Assembly: GCA_964590575.1 (NCBI GenBank)
Contig: CAZPWM010000026.1
Location: 1-37,030, forward strand
DNA length: 37,030 bases
Direction: 5' to 3'
Source of the DNA: an uncultured archaeon
Lineage (GTDB): Archaea > Asgardarchaeota > Thorarchaeia > Thorarchaeales > Thorarchaeaceae
A program made the position numbers and the translations under genes. The notes beneath the pieces were generated by a model. The model was not told the DNA's origin, did not search any database, and worked only from the letters and a program-made list of their open reading frames with translations. Of the stretch, positions 8,484-17,800 are shown in pieces (positions within the stretch are counted from its first letter, which is position 1; each line of letters begins with the position of its first letter).

Positions 8484-8987
8484 ATGCCAGAAAGAGTAAT
8501 TTCTGTAATTGGAGGTTCCGATAGTAGTCCAAACAATCTCGATTTAGCCGAGCGTGTAGGTGCTGAAATCGCAAAGAGGGGAGTTATTTTAGCGTGTGGT
8601 GGACTTGGAGGAATCATGGAAGCAGCTTGCAGAGGTGCGAAAAAGGAAGGAGGGAAAACTTTGGGAATCCTTCCATCTGACGTTAAGGAAGATGCTAACG
8701 AATATGTTGACATAGCAGTTCCCACAGGCTTGGGATACGCAAGAAACTTTCTCGTCGCAAAAGCAGGAGATGCAGTTATTGCCATCGACGGGTCTGCTGG
8801 CACTCTGAGTGAAATCGCCATAGCTTGGTTCTCAAACAAACCAGTTATTTCGCTTCTTCAATCCGGAGGTTGGGCAGCTAAGCTCGCTGGAGAAAGAATC
8901 GATGATAGGCGTGCTGATATGGTGTATGCTGCAAATAGTCCTGAGGAAGCTGTGGAACTGGTCTTTCAGGCGATGAATTGGAAGTAG
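8484..8987 (+). CDS. TIGR00725-like SLOG/LOG-superfamily protein
   Basis: ISVIGG, CGGLGGIMEAACRGA, PTGLGYARN and GSAGTLSEIAIA motifs. ATG 8484 preceded by GGAG. Confidence 0.9.
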   Translation: MPERVISVIGGSDSSPNNLDLAERVGAEIAKRGVILACGGLGGIMEAACRGAKKEGGKTLGILPSDVKEDANEYVDIAVPTGLGYARNFLVAKAGDAVIAIDGSAGTLSEIAIAWFSNKPVISLLQSGGWAAKLAGERIDDRRADMVYAANSPEEAVELVFQAMNWK

Positions 8988-9035
8988 GTTGTGAAATAAA
9001 ACTTGGAGCTTGTTCATTCCATACTCGGAGGCAAA

Positions 9036-9842
9036 ATGGATGCTTCACGTGAGGATATAGAACAACTGACTGGAATGATTATAGACCTCTATCACGACAA
9101 ACCCAATGTAGTGAAAATACCTTCTAGTAATGTTATTTTCATAGGAGATCTCCATGGAGAATTTGAATCCATAACTAGTGTTCAGAAGCTCTTTACTAAA
9201 TACAAGACACATTCATTCGTATTTCTTGGAGACTATGCCGACAGAGGATCAGCTCAGATAGAAACCATCAATTTAGTCATGGCTCTTGCAATGAGTGACT
9301 CCGAACGCGTGATCATGCTCCGAGGAAATCATGAGTCAGATGAGGTGGCTCAACGCTATGGATTCTATTCAGAAGTAACAAGAAAATTCTCAGTTGATAT
9401 CTATAGCAAGTATCTCGAAGTCTTTCAAGTGCTGCCTATGGCTGTATACAATTCTGAGGGAATCTTCGCATGTCATGGAGGTATTCCAGAAGCAGTGACT
9501 TCCATAGATAATATCCAGAAATGCAACAGGTTCAACCTGAACTTTCCTGATGACATTCTCTTTCAGCTTGTATGGAATGACCCAAAGGAGGCTGATTTCA
9601 AATTTGCAGCTAATTCACGAGGCCATAGAGTGAAAGCCTTTGGTCGGAAGGCATTCGAAGAATTTAGTGAGAATCTTGGTGTAAAGAAAATGGTGAGAGC
9701 ACATGAAGTGTTTTCAGATGGGTTCAAGACATTCTTTGATGGCAGGCTGATCAGTATCTTTAGTGCTACATACCGGGGAGCTGCGGTACCCACAGTACTA
9801 CGACTAGGCAAAGATTTCGAAATAGAACTATTGAAGCTATAG
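9036..9842 (+). CDS. Ser/Thr protein phosphatase, PPP (PP1/PP2A-like) family
   Basis: GDLHG, GDYADRG, LRGNHE, HGG, WNDP, FG, RAHE and SIFSA motifs. ATG 9036 preceded by GGAGG. Confidence 0.92.
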   Translation: MDASREDIEQLTGMIIDLYHDKPNVVKIPSSNVIFIGDLHGEFESITSVQKLFTKYKTHSFVFLGDYADRGSAQIETINLVMALAMSDSERVIMLRGNHESDEVAQRYGFYSEVTRKFSVDIYSKYLEVFQVLPMAVYNSEGIFACHGGIPEAVTSIDNIQKCNRFNLNFPDDILFQLVWNDPKEADFKFAANSRGHRVKAFGRKAFEEFSENLGVKKMVRAHEVFSDGFKTFFDGRLISIFSATYRGAAVPTVLRLGKDFEIELLKL

Positions 9843-9936
9843 CTCACCCAACTCGTGTTATTGAGGCAAGTTATTAAGATGAATATCAGCCAACAATGTC
9901 AAATACGTAAACCCACTTAGATAGGGTTGATTTACC

Positions 9937-11016
9937 ATGCCGAAGGTAGCCGTTGTCAAGACCACTCCCAAGACGATAGATGCAGATATTGCGAGAGTGA
10001 TGGATCTCGCAGACTATGACAAATTTGTATCAAAGGATGTAGCTACTAGTATCAAACTCAATCTATCATGGAGCAAGCTTTATCCTGCATGCTCTACTAA
10101 TCCGTACATCTTCGATGGACTTCTCAAGAAACTAATCTCAGACGGGTTTGATCATAAGACAATAACCGCTGTAGAAAACGAAACCGTTGTGACGAACATC
10201 TATGCAGGAGTCAAGAACAATAATTGGTATCCTGTGATTAAAAAACACAGAATCAAGTTTCTTCCTCTGATTAATGCAACTTATGTGAACGTGGATTTAC
10301 CTCAGAAGACTCTAGTTATGGAAGACATCTTTGGTGAAACCATTGCACCAAAGGAGATCTTTGGGACTAATATTATTCACCTACCAACCATCAAGACCCA
10401 TGGGCATACTCAGATGACTGGAGCAATGAAGGATTCATTTGGCCTCTACCTCACCAAAAACAGACATCTCGCACACCTGAAAATACATGAAATACTTGTG
10501 GATCTGTTGCTGATGCAGAAGACAATCTCACATTCTGAATTTGTGCTTACTGATGGCACAGTAATGGGTGATGGAGCAGGTCCAAGAACAATGATACCAA
10601 AGATTGGCAACGTGCTCCTTGCCACTTCTGACATGGTAGCAGCAGACACGGTTCAAACAAGACTCATGGGTATCGATCAAAGACTTGTCCATAAGCTGCA
10701 GATAGCGAATAAACTTGGACTCGGAGAATCTAATCCAGAGAAAATTGAGATTGTTGGTGACTTTGAGTCTTGGGAGGACCTTCCGAATTTTAACCTCAGC
10801 CCAGGTAAGAGTCCAGTTATCGTTTTTAATCGCGGTTTTCTGAAATTCCCAGGAATGGAAACATTCTTGTTCCGGTCTCCACTCATGTGGTTGCCCACTC
10901 AGCTCTCAGGTTTATATCATGATGGCATCTGGCTTCCTCTGAAGGGAAAGAAGTGGGTGAAGTGGTTCCTAGAGGAAACCGAATGGGGTAAGCTTTGGAG
11001 TTCGTATTCAGAATGA
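9937..11016 (+). CDS. DUF362-domain protein
   Basis: IKLNLSW...CSTNP, LPTIKTH...TGAMKDSFG, G.GP and DMVAADTV...MG motifs typical of DUF362. Confidence 0.8.
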   Translation: MPKVAVVKTTPKTIDADIARVMDLADYDKFVSKDVATSIKLNLSWSKLYPACSTNPYIFDGLLKKLISDGFDHKTITAVENETVVTNIYAGVKNNNWYPVIKKHRIKFLPLINATYVNVDLPQKTLVMEDIFGETIAPKEIFGTNIIHLPTIKTHGHTQMTGAMKDSFGLYLTKNRHLAHLKIHEILVDLLLMQKTISHSEFVLTDGTVMGDGAGPRTMIPKIGNVLLATSDMVAADTVQTRLMGIDQRLVHKLQIANKLGLGESNPEKIEIVGDFESWEDLPNFNLSPGKSPVIVFNRGFLKFPGMETFLFRSPLMWLPTQLSGLYHDGIWLPLKGKKWVKWFLEETEWGKLWSSYSE

Positions 11017-11039
11017 AGGATTGTTAGGGGTCTTCGAAA

Positions 11040-11996
11040 ATGGGATTCTACGAGTATCTTATACTTATGCGACCACACCAATGGTACAAGAATGTGCTTG
11101 TTTTTTTGCCGGTTGTGTTTGGAAAATTAGAGAGCTTTGAAGCATGGTTTGATTTTGTTATAAGCAGTCTGCCAGTTCTGATATTTGGGTTTGGAATTTT
11201 ATGCGCAATTTCGAGTGCAGGGTACATATTCAATGACATCGTGGATCTTGAGAAAGATGCTGCGCATCCTGAGAAGAAGGAGAGACCTTTACCTTCTGGT
11301 CGAGCCTCTAGGTCTAACGCCAGAGTCTTAGCTGCAGTTTTACTCATTTCTGGTCTCATATTATCATGGCTTCAAAACGCGGCTTTTCTTCTCATGGTCG
11401 TGTTATATATCATTAATAGTCAACTTTACAATTGGCAGCTACGTAATTTTGCAATTGTTGATGTTTGTGTTATTGCAGTTGGATTCATTATCAGAGCTAT
11501 CGCAGGTACCTTCCTCATTAGCCAACCTTTCACATCATGGCTTGTTATAGGAGTCTTCTTTGTTGCTCTGGTGTTAGGTTTTGGGAAACGCAAGAATGAA
11601 CTTCAGTTGTTAGGTGATGATGCAGCTCTTCACAAACCTGTTTTTAAACAGTACACTGAAACAATGCTTGACCACGGAGTGGCTATGTCAGCTACCTGGG
11701 TCGTAGCATTCTATGCATTATACTGTTATGAAAACTATCGATCAACTTTAGACACTCAACCTGTTATGATGACAGTGCCTATAGCTGCGGGATTGGTTTT
11801 GAGATATGTTCACTTGGTGTATTCAGGAAGCGATGTCGGAAGAAAACCTCATCTAGCCATCAAAGACAAAGGAATTCTAATAGGTAGCATTTTGTTCATA
11901 GCAGTTCTGATTGTTACATTATTCTTCTATCCAGGCATTCATGATTTCTTCTTCAATCTCTTCCCTCCACTGTTCCCACCAATAATACCTCCATAG
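11040..11996 (+). CDS. UbiA-family prenyltransferase, polyprenyl-phosphate phosphoribosyltransferase (DPPR synthase-like) subgroup
   Basis: RPHQWYKNVLVF, YIFNDIVDLEKDAAHPEKKERPLPSG and GKRKNEL motifs, with multiple TMs. Confidence 0.88.
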   Translation: MGFYEYLILMRPHQWYKNVLVFLPVVFGKLESFEAWFDFVISSLPVLIFGFGILCAISSAGYIFNDIVDLEKDAAHPEKKERPLPSGRASRSNARVLAAVLLISGLILSWLQNAAFLLMVVLYIINSQLYNWQLRNFAIVDVCVIAVGFIIRAIAGTFLISQPFTSWLVIGVFFVALVLGFGKRKNELQLLGDDAALHKPVFKQYTETMLDHGVAMSATWVVAFYALYCYENYRSTLDTQPVMMTVPIAAGLVLRYVHLVYSGSDVGRKPHLAIKDKGILIGSILFIAVLIVTLFFYPGIHDFFFNLFPPLFPPIIPP

Positions 11997-11997
11997 G

Positions 11998-12687
11998 GTG
12001 AATAATTTGAGCTCCAGACTTTCCGCTTTCGACTTACATATGCACACAATTCATTCGAAGGATGGAATGCAGAATCCATACTCACTATTCAAACTCATGA
12101 AGAAAAAGGGACTGACAGGAGTAGCACCGACTGAACACTGGCGTGCTGCTACTCTTAAAGTCATTCAACGAGACGGTCGATTCATTATTCCAGCTTGTGA
12201 ATATAAGTCATCAGACTATGGAGAGGTGATAGGTCTCTTTGTTTCAGAACATATTGAGAATCGATCCTTTGCGGAGATAACAGAAGACATCCGCGACTGT
12301 AACGGACTTGTAGTTCTTCCTCATCCCAGAGACCCCCTTCGCAAATACACTGCAATCAGGTGTGGTTTACCTGATGAAATGATCACTAAACACGTGGACT
12401 TGATAGAGGGGATCAACTCAAGATGTATCATTGACCTGTTTAACAAGAATGCGCAGAGATTGGCTAAACGGTTGAACAAACCAATGACTGCTGGAAGTGA
12501 CGGACACACATCTTTGGAAATGGGTCATGCGAAGACATGGCTCCAGGATATAGAAACTGCAGATGACATATATGAGGAACTTAAGAAAGGACGAACCCAG
12601 ATAACAGGTTACCCGTCGTTCTTTATGCTACATATCCCAACAATGTTATGGCAAAGAGTGAGGAAGATTGCTTATGACAGCTGGTGA
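11998..12687 (+). CDS. PHP-domain metal-dependent phosphoesterase
   Basis: DLHMHTIHSKDG, TEH, PHP, IEGINSR and GSDGH motifs. Confidence 0.88.
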   Translation: MNNLSSRLSAFDLHMHTIHSKDGMQNPYSLFKLMKKKGLTGVAPTEHWRAATLKVIQRDGRFIIPACEYKSSDYGEVIGLFVSEHIENRSFAEITEDIRDCNGLVVLPHPRDPLRKYTAIRCGLPDEMITKHVDLIEGINSRCIIDLFNKNAQRLAKRLNKPMTAGSDGHTSLEMGHAKTWLQDIETADDIYEELKKGRTQITGYPSFFMLHIPTMLWQRVRKIAYDSW

Positions 12688-13705
12688 AGAAACGAATAAT
12701 GAAACTCAGCAGTCAATGATCAGTACACAGAAGGTCATCTTGTTTGTAATATTCAGCATTGTTGTCTTCGCGTTTGTGGGACTCTACGGTCAAATAGGCG
12801 CAGTCATAGATGCTCTCGCGTCCATTCCATGGTGGTGGGTCATACCAACCATGATGGGCGTGTCATTCCTAAACTACATCATTCGATATGTGAAGTGGCA
12901 ATACTTTCTTGGTCGCATCGAGGTCAATCTCTCACATAAGGATAGCTTTAGTGTTTTTCTTGCTGGATTCACGTTGACAACAACACCGGGTAAGATTGGA
13001 GAAGCAATCAAAGGATACTTCATTCGAGACATTGATGGAACACCTGTAGCCAGAACGGTCCCAGTAGTAGTTTCAGAACGAGTAACAGATCTACTTGCTC
13101 TTGTTCTGCTTGCAATGATTGGGTTTGGAATTGGAGTGAACACTGGAGATCAGCTTCTCACAGTCCTAATGTTAGGTGGTGTTGTTCTTGTTGCAGCCAT
13201 TGTTCTCAGCCAGAAAACGTTCTATGAGAAGATACTCAAACGGTTCATGTCAATTGGTCCTCTGAAGCGCTTCGCGAGCAGTTATGATGAAATCGAGAAT
13301 ACGATGACTAGGACACTAGGTCCAAAACCACTTATCCTGAGTACCATTGTCTCGATCCCTGGTTGGTTCATGGAATGTCTCGAGCTATGGCTGCTGCTCA
13401 GCTTGTTAACAGTCACGCCTGCGTCAATCATTCTCTTACTGCAAGCTACGTTTGTTCATGCGACAGCTTCTATTATTGGTGCGGTGTCATTCCTACCTGG
13501 AGGAGTTGGCACATATGAAGCCACATCCGTCTTATTGATGCAACTCCTACTAGGAATTCCAGTTGCTCTTGCAGGTGCAGCCACAATTCTAATTCGCGTA
13601 GTCACCTTATGGTTCAGTGTCATTGTAGGATTTGTCGCACTTGGAATTGTAACCCGCGCCACAAGAAAACGTCGAGGGACTAGCGAGTTATCTGATAACT
13701 CTTAA
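12674..13705 (+). CDS. Lysylphosphatidylglycerol-synthase TM / flippase-like (UPF0104) membrane protein
   Basis: R.vKW..fL, TPGKIGEAIK, ERVTD, LPGGVGTYE and LIRVVTLW motifs, with about 8 TMs. Confidence 0.88.
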   Translation: MTAGEETNNETQQSMISTQKVILFVIFSIVVFAFVGLYGQIGAVIDALASIPWWWVIPTMMGVSFLNYIIRYVKWQYFLGRIEVNLSHKDSFSVFLAGFTLTTTPGKIGEAIKGYFIRDIDGTPVARTVPVVVSERVTDLLALVLLAMIGFGIGVNTGDQLLTVLMLGGVVLVAAIVLSQKTFYEKILKRFMSIGPLKRFASSYDEIENTMTRTLGPKPLILSTIVSIPGWFMECLELWLLLSLLTVTPASIILLLQATFVHATASIIGAVSFLPGGVGTYEATSVLLMQLLLGIPVALAGAATILIRVVTLWFSVIVGFVALGIVTRATRKRRGTSELSDNS

Positions 13706-14768
13706 CGAGCTCCAGCATCTCTCGTGCGCTCTTCGTCTTCTCGAAGTGTGTGCGAACAGGTTCGACCATCTTATCTAGATAAGTGACCATTGTATTCTTC
13801 AAATCAAGAGGATGAAGGTTTCCAGCTACATACGATTTCTCTAACTCCATGTAGCTTGTGAAGTCTATATCGCCACCGAATTTTGGTTTTCGCTCAACCC
13901 TCACGCTACTGTTACCACGGAAAACAATGTGTTTAGCATAGTCAAGTAAGGGATTTCCTTCTGCCACTTTTGGTGGACAGTAGGCGGCCATGACTTTCTT
14001 TCGAATATCGTCCACATTATCGTGAACAAAGATACTTGATTCGGGCTTGCTCTTACTCATTTTGGATGAGATCTGCACATCAAACCCCTTTTCCTCATCA
14101 AAACCCTCAGGTTCCGCTGCCCCCTCCAAGTTCATGAGCATGTGATGACTGATGACAACAGGTTTCCACCAACCTAGTTTTGGCCCAACCTCTCGTGCAA
14201 GTATATTGGCTCTGCGTTGGTCGAGACCTAGTTGAGTGATATCAGCTTCAAGATGGAAGATATCAGACACCTGCATCATTGGATAGAAGTATTGAGCAAC
14301 CTCTTTCATCTCGCCTTCTTTTCGCCCCATTATTGTAAGCGCTCGAGTAGCTCTAGCTACTGTTGTGTTCTTAGCTATTTTCACAACGCGAGACCAGTAG
14401 TCCACGGAGTCCATTGCTTCTGAAGCCCAGAGAAACTCCACTTTATCGGTTGGAACACCGGCAGCTTTCCAGACCTCAATGAAATACTCACCAACCTGCC
14501 TGATTTTCTCTAGATCTCCATCCATCTTATTGTTAATCCAAGCGAACCAGTCTGCCAGCCAGATCTTGAATCTAACTCCAGCTTTTATGAGATCCTTGAG
14601 AAGTAATGGCCTATAAACACCAAAAGGCATATGCGCTAACCCAGAGGGTTCGAATCCATCATATGCGATTGGATTCTTCTTCTCTTCCAAGAGCTGCTTT
14701 AGCTCAGGCATTGTGACTACTTCTTCACCTACTCCGGCGATTAGTTTGATTCGTTCATCGAGGTCCAT
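13680..14768 (-). CDS. tyrS: Tyrosine--tRNA ligase (archaeal/eukaryotic type)
   Basis: AYDGFEPSG, ADWFAWIN, YPMMQVSD, GLDQR, KMSKS and LHPLDLK motifs. Start set at MDLDERIKL. Confidence 0.96.
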   Translation of the reverse strand: MDLDERIKLIAGVGEEVVTMPELKQLLEEKKNPIAYDGFEPSGLAHMPFGVYRPLLLKDLIKAGVRFKIWLADWFAWINNKMDGDLEKIRQVGEYFIEVWKAAGVPTDKVEFLWASEAMDSVDYWSRVVKIAKNTTVARATRALTIMGRKEGEMKEVAQYFYPMMQVSDIFHLEADITQLGLDQRRANILAREVGPKLGWWKPVVISHHMLMNLEGAAEPEGFDEEKGFDVQISSKMSKSKPESSIFVHDNVDDIRKKVMAAYCPPKVAEGNPLLDYAKHIVFRGNSSVRVERKPKFGGDIDFTSYMELEKSYVAGNLHPLDLKNTMVTYLDKMVEPVRTHFEKTKSAREMLELVKSYQITR

Positions 14769-14809
14769 AATAGTTGAAAGAAATTCGTTCTCACTTAACT
14801 TTTCTCCAA

Positions 14810-14856
14810 GATGGAATGAAAAGAAGTAGATACCAGCTGGCACAAAACCAGCTGGT
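14810..14856 (-). terminator. Hairpin plus pyrimidine tract after the giant-gene pair
   Basis: ACCAGCTGG-7nt-CCAGCTGGT at 14832-14856, followed on the minus strand by TCTACTTCTTTTCATT. Confidence 0.5.
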
Positions 14857-14870
14857 TCTTTGTTGTATTC

Positions 14871-17800
14871 CTAGTCAATGTCGATACCAAGACTGCTCAG
14901 AAGAGCATCAAGATCAGCTTTTGAGAGACTCTTAGCTTCTTCAATTATGACATCAATCTCATCAACCATCATTCCCTTCTTGATGAGTTTCCTGCGCAAG
15001 TCTTCAAGCTCTTCAGGTCGCTGTTCTAGGGGTACATCCTCGAGAACTGGTTCACCCACTGGGGGTTTGGCGAGCACGTCAGCACGGCGAGCTTTCTCTT
15101 GGTCAATAACTTCCTTAAGGAAGCCTGGACGCTCACTAGCCTTCATTCTAGCTAAATCAGCTCGGAATGCCTCGATCTCGACAACACCAAGCCCAGTGAT
15201 ACCAGCGAGTTCTTCGAGTAATTCATTGACTTCTGGCACAGTTGTCTCAATCGGGTATTCAACAATCTCATCAGGTTCTTTTGATAGATTCATCGGTTTT
15301 GCTTCTTCATTGACAATACCCATCGCTATGCTTTGCCTACTAGGTGCTCTTGGAGGCTTTGGAATACGACCCTTACCAAGTGCTCGAATCATCCTATTCA
15401 AAGTTCGAATCTGCTTTGGAACACTCCAAACTCTTACGTAAGCCACGATGAGCAAAGCTATGAAAATCAGGGCGGTGCCGCCGACCATCGTTAATGCTTG
15501 CTGGAATTGCTGCTGCGCAGTAGTATCAGACTTGATTGTGAATATCAAATATTGTGAGAAATGATCCTCTTTTTCGAAGGTTATGGTAATGGTGAAAGTT
15601 CTTTCTCTTTCGACTCGGAAGAATAGTGTGTAGACACCATTCTCATCAAGGGTCCACTCTTCCAAGTATGTGATGTTGGTTTGACTATATGTAACAGTTA
15701 CATTGGCATCTGATATTCCAACTTGGTGGTCTAGATCGAAATAGGTAATCGAGATATCAAAGGTTGTTCCGGGCGATGTGTATTCTATGTCAGTGAGATA
15801 TCTCAGTTCAGTTAGAATTCGACGAATGGTGAGTTCAAGGTAGACTGGTGATGTGGTATACTTTGCTGAAGTAAACCCGATAGCAAAACTGTAAGTTCCG
15901 TAGGGGAGGTTACTGTCCAAAATCAAAGAATAGTTGCCATTAGGTAACAATTGCAACGCAAAATCACCAAGAGCATCGGAATGTGCGAAGCAATTCACAT
16001 CAACAATAGAAGAACCATCCAAGGTGTTGTTGACTAAGTATTCAATCTCAACACCTTCGTTCACAGGAGCTGATAGTTGAATTGGGCCTAGTATCTCAGT
16101 GGGAGTAGCATAGATCTCTATCTTTGTCGTGGTTGTTCTTGCAGTGTAGTTCGTAAGACTGAATTGTACAACAATATCATAGACGCCTGGAGTTGTCAGA
16201 GTTATGTCAACACTAACCAGATAATAACCGTTGAGTAAATCAATCACTGGAAGAGAACCGCCATCCCATGAAGCGACAACAGTCGCACCAGGGATTGGTA
16301 CTTTATGCTGATCGTCATAATAGTAGAAGGTGTAATTCTTCTGGGAACCAAAATATCCAGATTGAAGTGGCGTGTCTACTGAAGAAAGCGTGGGGATTGG
16401 TAGGATTGTTACAATGATAGATTTGATACCAGTAGCATACCCATCCTTTATTGCGATTATTCGCAGATATATCGACTGAGCTGCTAATGAGCTTACATCA
16501 ATAGTTGCGCTATATGTCCCATTCCCCCAAGATGTTAGGTTGCCTGTGAGACTTCCAAGTGTGTAGGTCACATTAGCACCAGTGACTAGAAGTGCATGGT
16601 ATGTGTCATTGAACACTACCAGAATGTCAAGCGTGTCTCCAAAGAAGACGTTCAACAATGTGCTTCCATCAGATAGAGCAAGAGTAGTCGGAATTGGTGT
16701 CACGCTGATGTCAATGGTGGTTTCAAGAAATGCATGATTGGGTGCTGTTGCCCTTATCGTCAAAGGATACTGACCAATCGCAAATCCAGTTACATCGACA
16801 GTTCCAGTGTAATAACCAGGAGTACCAGTAGGAGTCATTGGATAAACGGTTCCGTTCCATTCGGCGGTAACCGTCGCGCCAGTCACGGATGTATTAGAAA
16901 CCGTATCATTGAGATAGACAGTAAAGCCTCCTGTTGTATCTATGATAATATCATAGAGGGAGAACTCAGGTATTATCTGCCCAGTCGCTTTAGATACGAC
17001 CAGTGTGAATGTTGTCTGTCGTTGCTGATAGAACTGTTTAGTTACTGTGAATTGAGGTTTGTAAATCCCATAGTCTTCAATAGATGTATCAAGCAGAATG
17101 CCATAGAATCCGTTTCCAAGTTCTGAAACTGGATGCACCATTCCATTCCAGAGAAGCGTCGCAGTCATCCCTGTTACTGGAGTGTTATAATAGGGTTCTC
17201 GAACTTGGAATGTGATATTAAGAACTTCACCCCAATCACCATAGTATGCTGTCTTGGACAGAAATATCTCAACAGTTGCTGCTCCAGGTTGAACAGATAC
17301 GGTAGCAATTGCACTGTCGTAGAATGGCTTCTCAGCCCAGATTTGAAATATATGATTCTCTGCAAGAAGGCCAGTGGTATTGAGCGTAATCTTGTATACA
17401 CCATTACCAATTTCCTCAATTTGATAGCTTGTGCCAAATAGAAGAGTCCAGTTTGTGACGATGGACGCACCTGCTAAAGGCACATCGTGATCGAAGTCGG
17501 TCAGAGTGAGTATGACCTCGATTGGAACTCCAACAGCTGTGCTTCCAGCAGGAGGTGCTTCAGCCAATAATGATGTCTGAATATTTTTGACTGTTGCAGG
17601 AACATTTAGAGTAGTTCTAGTCGCATAGAAGGGAGAACCGGTCTTGCTCATAGTCAAATCAAAGTAGACAGTTCCAGTGTTGCCGAAGATTGTGCTATTG
17701 ATGTAGATTCTGTAGGTTCCGCCAGCTTCACGAACAAGCTGATAACCTGAAAGTGTCCCATTAACACTTGTAATTAGGAGAACTGCATCATCAATTCCAA

